A DNA stretch of 64,000 bases, taken from NCBI GenBank assembly GCA_050633305.1, contig JBOEGF010000008.1, positions 488,249-552,248 on the forward strand. Reading direction: 5' to 3'. The notes below the pieces were generated by a model. That model made no database searches and had not been told where the DNA came from. It was given only the letters and a program-made list of their open reading frames with translations. The translations under genes were made by a program, and so were the position numbers. Below, piece by piece: positions 28,499 through 38,554 of this stretch; positions within the stretch are counted from its first letter, which is position 1, and each line of letters opens with the position of its first letter. Source of the DNA: Nannocystales bacterium (GTDB lineage Bacteria; Myxococcota_A; Polyangia; Nannocystales; Nannocystaceae).

Positions 28499-29875
28499 TC
28501 AGTCGAAGAGGTGCTCGAGCAACAACCCTTGCACGTCTGTGGCCCGCACGACCTCGTCTTGGAGCAGCCGGGCCTCGCTGGTGAGAAACACGGGCCCTGC
28601 CTCTGGTCTGTCCGTGGGACGACCGTGAGAGCCCCGTACCAACGAGGTGTCGAAACCGATCACATCGAGCGGGGCTCGCTGGTTGAGAACCTTCGAGCGA
28701 AACAGCCGCGAGGCCACGTACAGCGTCGGCATCGGCAACTCGGGGTCGACGAACAGCTCGACCGGATCGTACCCGGGCTTGTTGTGGATATCGACATTGC
28801 GGGCGTAGTCCGGGGCCCGCGCGTCGTCGAGCCAGAAGTAGTAGCTGAACCAGCGGTCGGCCTTGGAGATCGCAACAAGCTCTCCGGAGCGGTCGTGATC
28901 CAGACCGGCCGAGCGTTTGCCTTCGTCGTCGAGGACCGTCTCGATCCCCTCGACGCCCTCGAGCAGAGTCTTGACCTCCGCCACCCGCCCCGGGTTTTTT
29001 ACATAGACGTGCGCGATTTGGTGGTCGGCGACCGCAAACGCCTCAGATGCGCCCGCATCGAAGTGCTCCTCGTTGCATTCCTCGCGAAACGCAATGAGTC
29101 CAGCCTCGCGGAGCACCCGGTTGATGTGGACCGCTCCGCTGACCGACGTGATGCCGTACTCGGAGAGCACCACCACCCGAACGTCGTCGCGCTCTGCTTC
29201 GTCGATCAGAGTGCCGCACACGGCATCGATGGCGCGGACATCCTCGGCGATCTTCGGGTCGTTCGGCCCGAGCCGCTGCAGGTTGTAGTCGAGGTGCGGA
29301 AGGTAGACGAGGTTGAGCGTGGGCTGCCGACTGCGATGCACGTGCAGCGCGGCTTGGGCGATCCACTCGGAGGACGCGATTCCCGCTCGCGGCCCCCAGA
29401 ACTCGAACAGCGGAAACTGGCCGTACGTGGCCTGCAACTCGTTGCGAAGCGTGCCGGGCGACGCGTGGATGTCGGGAAGCTTGCGTCCATCGGCCCTGTA
29501 GATCGGCCGCGGGGTGACGGCGTAGTCGACGTCCGCGTACATGTTGTACCACCAGAACATCTTGGCCACGGTGAAGCGCCCGTCTCGCCGCCGGGCCCGG
29601 TCCCACAGTTTCTCTCCTTGGACGAGTTGGTTGCTCTGACGCCAAAGCCACACCTGCGACAGATCGCGGAAGTACCACCCGTTGGCGACACAACCATGTC
29701 CACGCGGAAGCTCTCCGGTCACGAACGTGCTCTGTACGCTGCACGTCAGCGCGGGCGTGACCGTGTCGAGCGAGGCCTGGGCACCACGCTCGATCAGCCG
29801 ATTGAGATTCGGGGTGTTGGGACCCAGCAGGTCCGTCGTCAGTCCAACGACATTGAGAACGAGCGTGCGGTGCAT
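28499..29875 (-). CDS. eboF: Alkaline phosphatase / nucleotide pyrophosphatase family protein EboF
   Basis: Motifs VLNVVGL, PALTCSVQSTF, YLPHLDY, LSEYG, DIHNKPGYDPVELF and RGSHG. Lies downstream of eboB. Confidence 0.9.
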   Translation of the reverse strand: MHRTLVLNVVGLTTDLLGPNTPNLNRLIERGAQASLDTVTPALTCSVQSTFVTGELPRGHGCVANGWYFRDLSQVWLWRQSNQLVQGEKLWDRARRRDGRFTVAKMFWWYNMYADVDYAVTPRPIYRADGRKLPDIHASPGTLRNELQATYGQFPLFEFWGPRAGIASSEWIAQAALHVHRSRQPTLNLVYLPHLDYNLQRLGPNDPKIAEDVRAIDAVCGTLIDEAERDDVRVVVLSEYGITSVSGAVHINRVLREAGLIAFREECNEEHFDAGASEAFAVADHQIAHVYVKNPGRVAEVKTLLEGVEGIETVLDDEGKRSAGLDHDRSGELVAISKADRWFSYYFWLDDARAPDYARNVDIHNKPGYDPVELFVDPELPMPTLYVASRLFRSKVLNQRAPLDVIGFDTSLVRGSHGRPTDRPEAGPVFLTSEARLLQDEVVRATDVQGLLLEHLFD

Positions 29876-29877
29876 CG

Positions 29878-30762
29878 TCAATCGTCGACACGCGGGGTCT
29901 GACCGCGCAGGACCGAGTTGCCAAACCACAACTGCGTTTGGTCTACACGAACGTTGGTCGCGATCGCTTCCAGATCGAGCCGACCACTTTGAGCGAAGAA
30001 CGCGACCGGGTTGTTCCAGCAGATCTCCGTGATGACGTCGTCGGAGATTCCGGCCTCGCGCATCGCCTGCGCTGTTTTGGGGACCTTCAGCGGATCACTG
30101 ACGCCCCAGTCGGCCGCGCTGTTGATGATGACGCGCTCTCCCCCGAAGTTCTGAACGATGCTCACCATGCGGTGCTCGTCCATCTTGGTGTTGGGGTAGA
30201 TCGAGTGCCCCGCCCACATTCCGGTGTCGAGGACAGAAGCGATCGTCTCTTCGTTGTTGTGGTCGACGAGGACCATCGAGGGGTCGACGCCGACGTCCTT
30301 GACCACATCGAGCGTCCGGCGGGTGCCTGCGGCCTTGTCCCGGTGCGGCGTGTGAATCAGGATCGGAAGGCCGTGCTCCTTACCGAGCTCCAGCTGACGG
30401 ATGAAGAACTTCTCCTCGGCCGGAGTCTGATCGTCGTATCCGATCTCCCCGACCGCCACGACGCCGTCCTTCTCCAGGTAGAGGTCGACCATCTCGATCA
30501 CCGCATCGGCGATCTCCGGGTTGTTCGCTTCTTTGGGGTTGAGCCCCATCGTGCAGAAGTGGCGGATGCCAAACTGGCTTGCACGGAATCGTTCCCAGCC
30601 GATCAGAGAAAGGAAGTAATCCTCGAACGTGCCCGCGTGGGTCCGTGGCTGGCCAAGCCAAAACGCTGGCTCGACGATCGCAGCGATGCCGGCGTCAGCC
30701 ATCGCCTGGTAATCGTCCGTGGTTCGGGACGTCATGTGGATGTGAGGGTCGAAGAGCTTCAT
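29878..30762 (-). CDS. eboB: TatD-family hydrolase EboB
   Basis: Motifs DPHIHMTSRTTDDY, EPAFWLGQPRT, GEIGYD, IHTPHRDK, DHNNE and SAADWGVSDPL. Confidence 0.92.
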   Translation of the reverse strand: MKLFDPHIHMTSRTTDDYQAMADAGIAAIVEPAFWLGQPRTHAGTFEDYFLSLIGWERFRASQFGIRHFCTMGLNPKEANNPEIADAVIEMVDLYLEKDGVVAVGEIGYDDQTPAEEKFFIRQLELGKEHGLPILIHTPHRDKAAGTRRTLDVVKDVGVDPSMVLVDHNNEETIASVLDTGMWAGHSIYPNTKMDEHRMVSIVQNFGGERVIINSAADWGVSDPLKVPKTAQAMREAGISDDVITEICWNNPVAFFAQSGRLDLEAIATNVRVDQTQLWFGNSVLRGQTPRVDD

Positions 30763-31409
30763 CGGGACTCCAAGAGTTGGTGCAACAATCCAATATCGGC
30801 CGGCACGGGGCGCGCAGCAGCGGTTCTCTCAGCGGCAAAGTCGTCGGCCATGCGTAGGAGTTCCGCGGTCACTCGGCGCGACAGACCGTTGATCTCCTCA
30901 ACCGGCACGCCCATGAACACGGCCTTGAGGACGAGCTGGTTGAAACTGTCGTCGGGGAAGTGTGCAGCGGGGTACGGGTTGCCACACGCAACGGCGCGGA
31001 ACACCACCTCGGAGTTGGTCCGGCATGCCTCCACAGCATGCGGAACCAGCCGCGTCGGACCTGGGAGCAGCGGCAACATCCGCAGCAGCGACTCTTGCTC
31101 GCCCTGCTCTCCCCGGCGCAGCCATTGACCGTAGGCCGTCACGGCAGACTCGGGGTCGACCTGCTCGAAGACCCGCAGGACCACTGCGGCACGAGCCGCA
31201 TCTCGAACCGTCCACCCTGCGGCACCCAGAGTTTCTCCGGGGAGCCGCGCGTCGCCGACTTTACGAGTGCAGCGCGCAAGCAGCACCCGGACGCCTGAGA
31301 GCGCATCCGGGTCTATCTTGTCGAGGGCTGTGGTGAGCCAGTCGTCGGCTCCCGCCACCCCATGTTGAGCGACGAGTTCGCGCAAGCGCTGCAACCCCAA
31401 GTCGAGCAT
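30759..31409 (-). CDS. eboA: EboA domain protein
   Basis: EACRTN...NPYPAAHF...FNQLVLKAVF...ERTAAARPVP. Overlaps the eboB start. Confidence 0.9.
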   Translation of the reverse strand: MLDLGLQRLRELVAQHGVAGADDWLTTALDKIDPDALSGVRVLLARCTRKVGDARLPGETLGAAGWTVRDAARAAVVLRVFEQVDPESAVTAYGQWLRRGEQGEQESLLRMLPLLPGPTRLVPHAVEACRTNSEVVFRAVACGNPYPAAHFPDDSFNQLVLKAVFMGVPVEEINGLSRRVTAELLRMADDFAAERTAAARPVPADIGLLHQLLESR

Positions 31410-31433
31410 GGGGCGCAGCGTAGCACCGAGTCG

Positions 31434-32132
31434 CTACGCCGGCGGGGTGTCGTCGGCTGCGGCTGCGTCATCGGCGGCCGCGGGTGCGGCACCGCTGTCC
31501 GCAGGTGCTGCATCAGCGGGAGCGTCCCCGTCGGCGGCTGCGTCACCATCGGCGGGCGCGTCACCATCAGCGGCTGCGTCCCCGTCGGCGGGCGCTTCAC
31601 CATCCGCGGGCGGCGGTTCGTCGGCTGCGGGCTCCGCGTCAGCATCAGCATCCTCGTCAGCATCCGCATCCTCGTCAGCATCCGCATCCGCATCTTCGTC
31701 GGCATCCGCATCCTCGACGGCCACCGCCGGGGTATCGGCGACGGGCTCCTCGAGGAACTCGTACTGCACGAAGAACCCTACCGAGACCACCAGGCCGATG
31801 GCTGCCGCGATCGCGGTGACGATGATTCGAATGGTGAATGCGCTCTGCAGCTGAGCGAGTGCACCCAACATATTCGGCACATCATCATCTTCGGTCGTCA
31901 CGACCGCATCGAGGAGCGTGGCGCCCTTCCAGAACGTCACCCCGATCGCGAGGTCGACCAGGATGCCGAGGATGTTGAGGTTCACAACCTGCACGCAGGT
32001 CGAGAGGAAGAACATCACCGACAACGCCTTCGCCCAGGTGGCGGCACGCGAGATCGTGGAGTTCTCAGTCTTGCTGAATTCGTACGAAGGCGGGGCCGTG
32101 GGAGGCGGTGCAACGACGGTTTGATTGGTCAT
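31434..32132 (-). CDS. Membrane protein (DUF5362-like) with Asp/Ala-rich tail
   Basis: YEFSKTEN motif and about three TM segments. Tail of DADADE and ADGD(A/E)APAD repeats. Paralogous to the upstream gene. Confidence 0.75.
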   Translation of the reverse strand: MTNQTVVAPPPTAPPSYEFSKTENSTISRAATWAKALSVMFFLSTCVQVVNLNILGILVDLAIGVTFWKGATLLDAVVTTEDDDVPNMLGALAQLQSAFTIRIIVTAIAAAIGLVVSVGFFVQYEFLEEPVADTPAVAVEDADADEDADADADEDADADEDADADAEPAADEPPPADGEAPADGDAAADGDAPADGDAAADGDAPADAAPADSGAAPAAADDAAAADDTPPA

Positions 32133-32158
32133 GACGGTGTCCTTTCGTGCAACGCGGC

Positions 32159-32962
<804 letters not shown>

Positions 32963-33012
32963 CGCGGCAGGGAGGGGTCGGCGGCAACAGTACCGGTCGG
33001 AGAGCGTAGCGG

Positions 33013-35829
33013 CTATCCGGCCTCGGTCGCATGTTCGGCGATCCACGCGTCGACAGCATTGAGGTGCCTGCGCATGGGGTGTTCTTGGGGAAGTGCTTCG
33101 AACCCGGCCCGCGCACTACGGGCGAGACGGAGGGCTCGAGGAAGGTCGGTCGCCTGGCTGGCTCGCGCCATGGCGAAACGCAGACGTGGAAGCTCGGTCG
33201 GAATACCTGGTCGGGTCGCGCGAATCGACAGTGCGCGCTCGAGGGATCCCAACGCAGCATCGACCTGCCCGAGGTCCAGTTGAACGGAGCCCAGATCGGT
33301 CAGAAGTGATGCCAGGTCGTCGTGGTCTTCGCTGAGTGTCTTCTCGCCCACAACGAGCGCGCGCTCCAACAGATCGAGGGCCTCCGCCGCTCGACCTTGT
33401 GCGTGCACGCTGGCACCGAGCATGGTCAGTGCCCGAGCGACATCGGGGTGATGGGCGTTGGTCGCCTCGAACGTGGTCAGCGAACGGCGGGCCAGACTCT
33501 CGGCGGCCTCGGCGTGTCCATCGAAGAGCTCCGCCTGCGCCAGACTGAGGTTCGCCTGGCCAATGTAGACCTCATTGCGAGCACCGGAGGCCTCCCAAAC
33601 CTGCAAGGATTCGGTGAGAAGCTCCTTCGATTCGCGGGTCCGCCCTTGTCGGAGCAACAGCGCGCCGACGTTCGCCTTCATCGGGGCTACGGAGGGATGT
33701 CGCGGCCCGTGCGTTCGCTCTTGTAGCTCGATCGCTCGTTCGAGGTTGCGCTTGGCGGCGTGCGCGTCTTGGCGGAGAAGGTTCACGGCAGCGAGATTGT
33801 TGTAGATACGGCCCATCGTGGGGTGCTCAGGGCCCGACGCAGCGCGCTGACGCTCCAGCGCGAGCTGGAACTGATCCTGCGCGTCTTCCAGACGGCCCTG
33901 CTGCACGAAGGTTGCACCCGTGGCGATCGCAAGTTGAACCTGTTGTTCGACCGGGGCTCCCGCCCGCGCAACGGCGGCCCTCGCGGCTGCGATGAGCTCC
34001 GTCGCGGGCTCCGCTCGAGCCTGGCCGTGGCCCACGACACCGACCAGCGCAATCCAGGCCCGAGCCGCGGTGAGATCGTCCCTGCCCGCCGACGCCGTCT
34101 GGATCGCCTCGCGCAGCAGCGGCTCCGACCGATCGGTATTCCCGGTCGCGAGTGCGAGTTTCCCTTCCCGCAGAAGTGCCTCGGCCAGCACCGGGGCATG
34201 ACCCACGACCCGCGCCCGCTGAACGGCGACCTTGGCCAACGCCAGCCCTCGGGCGTATCGCCCGGCATCCTCGTGGACCTTGACCCGCGCGAGTGACGCA
34301 CGGAGGTCGTGGATGCGTTCGCGGACGTCGGGGTCGTCCGGGACAGGCACCGGCGCCTTTAAGAGATCCGTATCGGCACAGACCCGAACCGGAACGAGCT
34401 TCGCGGTCGCCGCGACTCCGGTCCGGATGAGCTCCGGGTCGGCATCCGCGAGCAGCTCGGTGAGAGCGTCGAACTCGTCGAGCCGCCGAGCGAGGCACTC
34501 CATGCGGAGATCGAGCATCGCGTCGGACTGCTCCTGACGGACCCGAGTCGCCTCGCAGGCGTCGGTGTGCATCTCGACCCAGCTTCCCCGGTACGCATCG
34601 AGCTCGCTCGACACGGCGATCCAAGTCGCCTCCGCATAGGGCTGTCCGGTGTTGGAGAAGCGCGCCTCGATCGCGCTGCGCCGAGCCTGATCCCACGCGG
34701 GCAGGAACCGTTGCTCTGCACCCGCACACGGCTCGACCGCCACCACATCCTCGTCGGCGAACCCGGCGGCAACACCCCACCCGCCCAGCAACACGGCAGT
34801 GCCGCCGATCCCTGCCAACGCGGCGAACTGAGGGCGACGCAGCGCGGACACTCGCTCGAGTTCGTCGAGCAGCGTTTGCATGCTCGAGTAGCGCTGGTCG
34901 GGATCGGCGGCCAACCCCTTGAGCACGATCGCCCGGAGCCGGCCGGGGACCTTCACGTGGGAGGGAGGTCCTGGGACGTCCGCCTGGTCGATGAGCGCGA
35001 GGATCGCCTGCGCCCCGTCGGCAACAAACGGTCGATGGCCATAAAGCGCCTCGTAGAGGGTGACGCAGAAGCTGAACTGATCGGTCCGACCGTCGACCGG
35101 CAGACCACGGTGCTGCTCCGGCGCCATATAAGCTGGCGTCCCCGCGAGTCGACTCCGCACGGCCGCACGGGGAGCCGGACCCTTCTCGCTCAGGGACAAC
35201 TGGCCGTCGTCCAGCTCGAACTCCCGGGCCAACCCAAAGTCCATGACATGCACGCGTCCATCTCGGGCGAGCATCACGTTGTCGGGTTTGAAGTCGCGGT
35301 GGACCAGCCCGGCTCCATGCGCCGCCGCGAGGCCTTCGCCCGCCTGAATCATCAGCTTGACCACAGCGCGCCACGGCAACGGCTCTCGGGCGAGACGGCT
35401 CGTGAGCGTTTCGCCGTCGACGAACTCCATGGCGACGACGATGCGTCCGTCGTGCACCGCGACGTCGTGCACCGCGATCACGTTGGGGTGGCTCAGCCGA
35501 GCGAGCGCTCGAGCCTCCGCCATCAGCCGCTCCTGAGCTCGCTTCCGCTTGGAGGGGTCGCTGCTCGCCTTGCGCAGCAGCTTGATCGCGACCTTCCGAT
35601 CGAGCTTGGGATCGTAGGCGGCGTAGACGACCCCCATGCCACCGGCGCCCAGCCGGTACAGCACCACGTACCGACCGAGAACCTCGTCCGGCGGCAGAAA
35701 GCCCGACGGAGTCGACTCGCCGCTGCCGCGCATGGGGACGTCACTGTCACCGCGATCGCTGGGGGTCGGCTCGGACACTGAGAGGACCAAGGATGCCCCG
35801 GGCGGCGGCGCGGGAGAAGGTGTCGCCAT
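33013..35829 (-). CDS. Ser/Thr protein kinase with TM segment and TPR repeats
   Basis: Motifs LGAGGMGVVY, VAIK, HRDFKPDN, DFGLA, GTPAYMAPE and DQFSFC; C-terminal TPR repeats (HPxxA). Confidence 0.95.
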   Translation of the reverse strand: MATPSPAPPPGASLVLSVSEPTPSDRGDSDVPMRGSGESTPSGFLPPDEVLGRYVVLYRLGAGGMGVVYAAYDPKLDRKVAIKLLRKASSDPSKRKRAQERLMAEARALARLSHPNVIAVHDVAVHDGRIVVAMEFVDGETLTSRLAREPLPWRAVVKLMIQAGEGLAAAHGAGLVHRDFKPDNVMLARDGRVHVMDFGLAREFELDDGQLSLSEKGPAPRAAVRSRLAGTPAYMAPEQHRGLPVDGRTDQFSFCVTLYEALYGHRPFVADGAQAILALIDQADVPGPPSHVKVPGRLRAIVLKGLAADPDQRYSSMQTLLDELERVSALRRPQFAALAGIGGTAVLLGGWGVAAGFADEDVVAVEPCAGAEQRFLPAWDQARRSAIEARFSNTGQPYAEATWIAVSSELDAYRGSWVEMHTDACEATRVRQEQSDAMLDLRMECLARRLDEFDALTELLADADPELIRTGVAATAKLVPVRVCADTDLLKAPVPVPDDPDVRERIHDLRASLARVKVHEDAGRYARGLALAKVAVQRARVVGHAPVLAEALLREGKLALATGNTDRSEPLLREAIQTASAGRDDLTAARAWIALVGVVGHGQARAEPATELIAAARAAVARAGAPVEQQVQLAIATGATFVQQGRLEDAQDQFQLALERQRAASGPEHPTMGRIYNNLAAVNLLRQDAHAAKRNLERAIELQERTHGPRHPSVAPMKANVGALLLRQGRTRESKELLTESLQVWEASGARNEVYIGQANLSLAQAELFDGHAEAAESLARRSLTTFEATNAHHPDVARALTMLGASVHAQGRAAEALDLLERALVVGEKTLSEDHDDLASLLTDLGSVQLDLGQVDAALGSLERALSIRATRPGIPTELPRLRFAMARASQATDLPRALRLARSARAGFEALPQEHPMRRHLNAVDAWIAEHATEAG

Positions 35830-35974
35830 GGTCAGTGTCCGTAGCCGGCATGGCAAGGAGGGTTTCAGCCACTGCAACCGCAGATGCCACGCCCTCGCAG
35901 ACAGGGGGCCCGATGCAAACCCATGAGATCGCGTCCATCCGGCTCGGGCGCACCGCTTGCTCAAGCGCCCGGGC

Positions 35975-36307
35975 ATGCTGTTCCACGCCATCGCCCTCTC
36001 CCTCCTCACGCTTTCCCCGACCCCCGACCCCGCCGCCGTCTCGCCCTCGTGCGAGGTCCGTCTGCAGGACGTCCACGAAGCCCAATACTCGCTCAATGGC
36101 CTCAGTCGCTCCGAGCGCAGTCTCAGGAGGCAGTTCGCGCGCGCTCGATCCCGAGCGGAGCGCCACGCGATCGAGCGCGTCTTGCTGCCGATCGCCAACC
36201 AGGCCCGAGCCCTCGAGAGCGAAGTCGACCTTCGAGAGCGCGCCTACATTCGCTGCGTCGAGGCCCAACTCGACGCCCGCGCCGAGCAAGCGACCCGCAG
36301 CCGCTGA
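35975..36307 (+). CDS. Small secreted helical protein
   Basis: Signal-peptide-like MLFHAIALSLLTLSP; coiled-coil-like body flanked by two Cys. Confidence 0.6.
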   Translation: MLFHAIALSLLTLSPTPDPAAVSPSCEVRLQDVHEAQYSLNGLSRSERSLRRQFARARSRAERHAIERVLLPIANQARALESEVDLRERAYIRCVEAQLDARAEQATRSR

Positions 36308-36358
36308 GGTGCGACATGTCGGCGGCCCAGGCGAGAGTGACCCGGCGCATTTGTTTCC

Positions 36359-37369
36359 GTGAGCGCCCAGGGGTACACGTTCACCGTGCTGGACGCAGTT
36401 CTACCTGCGCTGACCGAGGTCGCGCGCGCTGTTCAGAAGCGCGCAGTGCTCGAGGAAAAGCTGCAGACACTCGTCGACGGCACCGCCGAACTCTTCGGCG
36501 CGAGCCATGCCTCGGTGCGACTCCTACATCCGAGCCAAAGCCATCTCGTCGCGGCCTGTCGCTCGGGCCCTTCGCTGCACCCCGGTCCCGGTGCCGAGTT
36601 CCGCAGCGGCGAAGGTCTCGTCGGCTGGATCGTGGAGCACTCCACGCCGCTGCGACTCGCCGATCCCACCGGGGACCCGCGGTTCGTCGCCAAGCCGGGC
36701 TTCACCGGGATGGGCTGCTTCTTGGGCGCCCCGTTGCTCTCGACCCACGCATGCCTGGGAGCACTCAGTGTCGTCCGCTGGGACAAGCCGTTCACAGAGA
36801 CGGAGGAGCAGTTGCTCGAGTTGGTCGCGGCGATCTGTGCCCCGCCGTTGGAGATCGCTCGGCTGTCTCGGCTGACCAAGCTCGACCCGCTCACGGGCGC
36901 ACTCAACCGGCGTGGTCTCGAAGAGGGCTATCAGCCCGAGACGCCATCATCGGACACCCCGATGGCCGTCCTCATGGTCGACATCGACCACTTCAAGACG
37001 ATCAACGACACACACGGACACGTAGTCGGCGACGTGGTCTTGCGACGGATCGCGCGACAGCTCAGCCGGGTGCTCCGAGCCTCCGACGCCATCGTCCGCT
37101 ATGGCGGAGAAGAGTTCCTTCTGCTGCTGTCCGAGGTCACGCTGCCCCAGGCCGAGCAGGTTGCCGAGCGCGCCCGCAGAGCCATCGAGGCACAGGTCAT
37201 TCGCGTGGGTGGTGCGACGATGAACGTCACCGTCTCCATGGGCATCGAAGCGCAGCGCAGTGGCGAGCCGCTGAGCGCTGCCGTCAAGCGTGCCGACGCC
37301 GCGCTCTATCAAGCCAAGCGCGAGGGTCGGAACCGGGTCGTCCGAGCGACCAGCGAGACCGACGCGTAA
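36359..37369 (+). CDS. GAF-GGDEF diguanylate cyclase
   Basis: GAF (GEGLVGW); DPLTGALNRR; DIDHFKTINDTHGH; RxxD I-site (RASD) five residues before GGEEF. Confidence 0.95.
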   Translation: MSAQGYTFTVLDAVLPALTEVARAVQKRAVLEEKLQTLVDGTAELFGASHASVRLLHPSQSHLVAACRSGPSLHPGPGAEFRSGEGLVGWIVEHSTPLRLADPTGDPRFVAKPGFTGMGCFLGAPLLSTHACLGALSVVRWDKPFTETEEQLLELVAAICAPPLEIARLSRLTKLDPLTGALNRRGLEEGYQPETPSSDTPMAVLMVDIDHFKTINDTHGHVVGDVVLRRIARQLSRVLRASDAIVRYGGEEFLLLLSEVTLPQAEQVAERARRAIEAQVIRVGGATMNVTVSMGIEAQRSGEPLSAAVKRADAALYQAKREGRNRVVRATSETDA

Positions 37370-37408
37370 CCGCTCGCTCCCTTCCCAGGCGGCCGGGGCG
37401 GCCAGCTC

Positions 37409-38554
37409 CTACCCCCCCACAGAGCGTCGCATTGCATCCAGCAAGCCGGCGGCGACGTGGTCCCATGTGCACTGCGCTTCGATGCGAGCGCGGGCCGTCG
37501 CGCCCATCCGCGCGCGGACCTCGGGCTGCGTCAGGAGTCCGTGCAGTGCATCGGCCAACCCCGCGGGGTCCGACGGCTCGACCAGCAACCCGGTCTCCCC
37601 TGGCACGATCGCGTCCGGAACGCCGCCGGCTCGGGCTCCGATCACCGCGGTCTCGCAGGCGCCGGCCTCCAAGAAGACCAACCCAAAGCCTTCGACGTCC
37701 GGAGGCTCGCTGCGGGCAGGCATACAGAACACGTCTGCCGCGGTCATGCAGTTGGCCATCTGGTCGTCGGGCACGCGACCCAAGAAGCGCACCGTGTCCT
37801 GAAGCCCAAGGTCTCGAACCCGAGTCTCGAGACGTTGGCGGTCCGGACCGCTGCCACCGATCGCGTACCGCAGACCGGGGATCCGCTCCCGCAGTTGGGC
37901 GACGGCTTCAAGCGTGGTGTCGATGCCCTTGCGCGGCACCAGCCGACAGACGGTCGTGACCAGCGGGCCGTCGCCCAGACCATGCTCCGCCCGAAATGCC
38001 GCCCCGTCGGCCGCGCGAAATGCTTCCGCGTCCACCCCGTTCGGAGCGACATGGATCGCGTCGCCCGACACGCCGGACGCTTCGAGCAAGCCACCCGTGT
38101 AGCCGCTGACAGGCATGAGGAGGTCTGCCTGCCTCAGCATGGCATCGCGCGCGGCCGCGTACGCGGTCCCGACCGCGGGAACGCGCTCCACGACGTTGAG
38201 AAGCAACTCCCGGCCATGCGCCGCCACAAACACCCGCTGCACATGGTTCCGTCGGCGGAGCCACAGCCCCGCTGGCAGCGTGTACCACTGGGCGTGAAAC
38301 ACCGCGTCGAAGCCCTGCTTCGCGATCGCGGCTCCCGAGCGCAGCGTCGCGAACACCATGCGGTCCGAGGGGACGGGCAGCCGATGCACCCGATAGGGAA
38401 GCTCGGCGTCGACCGCTTCGTGCCCAACATCTGCAGGCGCGACCATCTCGAAGCGATCGCAGGCCGCCGCGAATCGCTGCCCAAGCTCCGCGCTGTACGT
38501 CTGGATTCCGCCGGTCTGCGGCGGAAAGTCCTGGGTGATCATCAACAGGCGCAT
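37409..38554 (-). CDS. Glycosyltransferase family 4
   Basis: Motifs DFPPQTGGIQTY, AHGRE, RLVPRKG and EGFGLVFLEA. Confidence 0.93.
   Translation of the reverse strand: MRLLMITQDFPPQTGGIQTYSAELGQRFAAACDRFEMVAPADVGHEAVDAELPYRVHRLPVPSDRMVFATLRSGAAIAKQGFDAVFHAQWYTLPAGLWLRRRNHVQRVFVAAHGRELLLNVVERVPAVGTAYAAARDAMLRQADLLMPVSGYTGGLLEASGVSGDAIHVAPNGVDAEAFRAADGAAFRAEHGLGDGPLVTTVCRLVPRKGIDTTLEAVAQLRERIPGLRYAIGGSGPDRQRLETRVRDLGLQDTVRFLGRVPDDQMANCMTAADVFCMPARSEPPDVEGFGLVFLEAGACETAVIGARAGGVPDAIVPGETGLLVEPSDPAGLADALHGLLTQPEVRARMGATARARIEAQCTWDHVAAGLLDAMRRSVGG

Noticed and set aside
35860..35962. Sigma-54-like promoter motifs between the kinase and the small secreted gene
   Set aside because: The minus-strand candidate has 11-bp GG-GC spacing (10 required), and the plus-strand one lacks the TGGC consensus.
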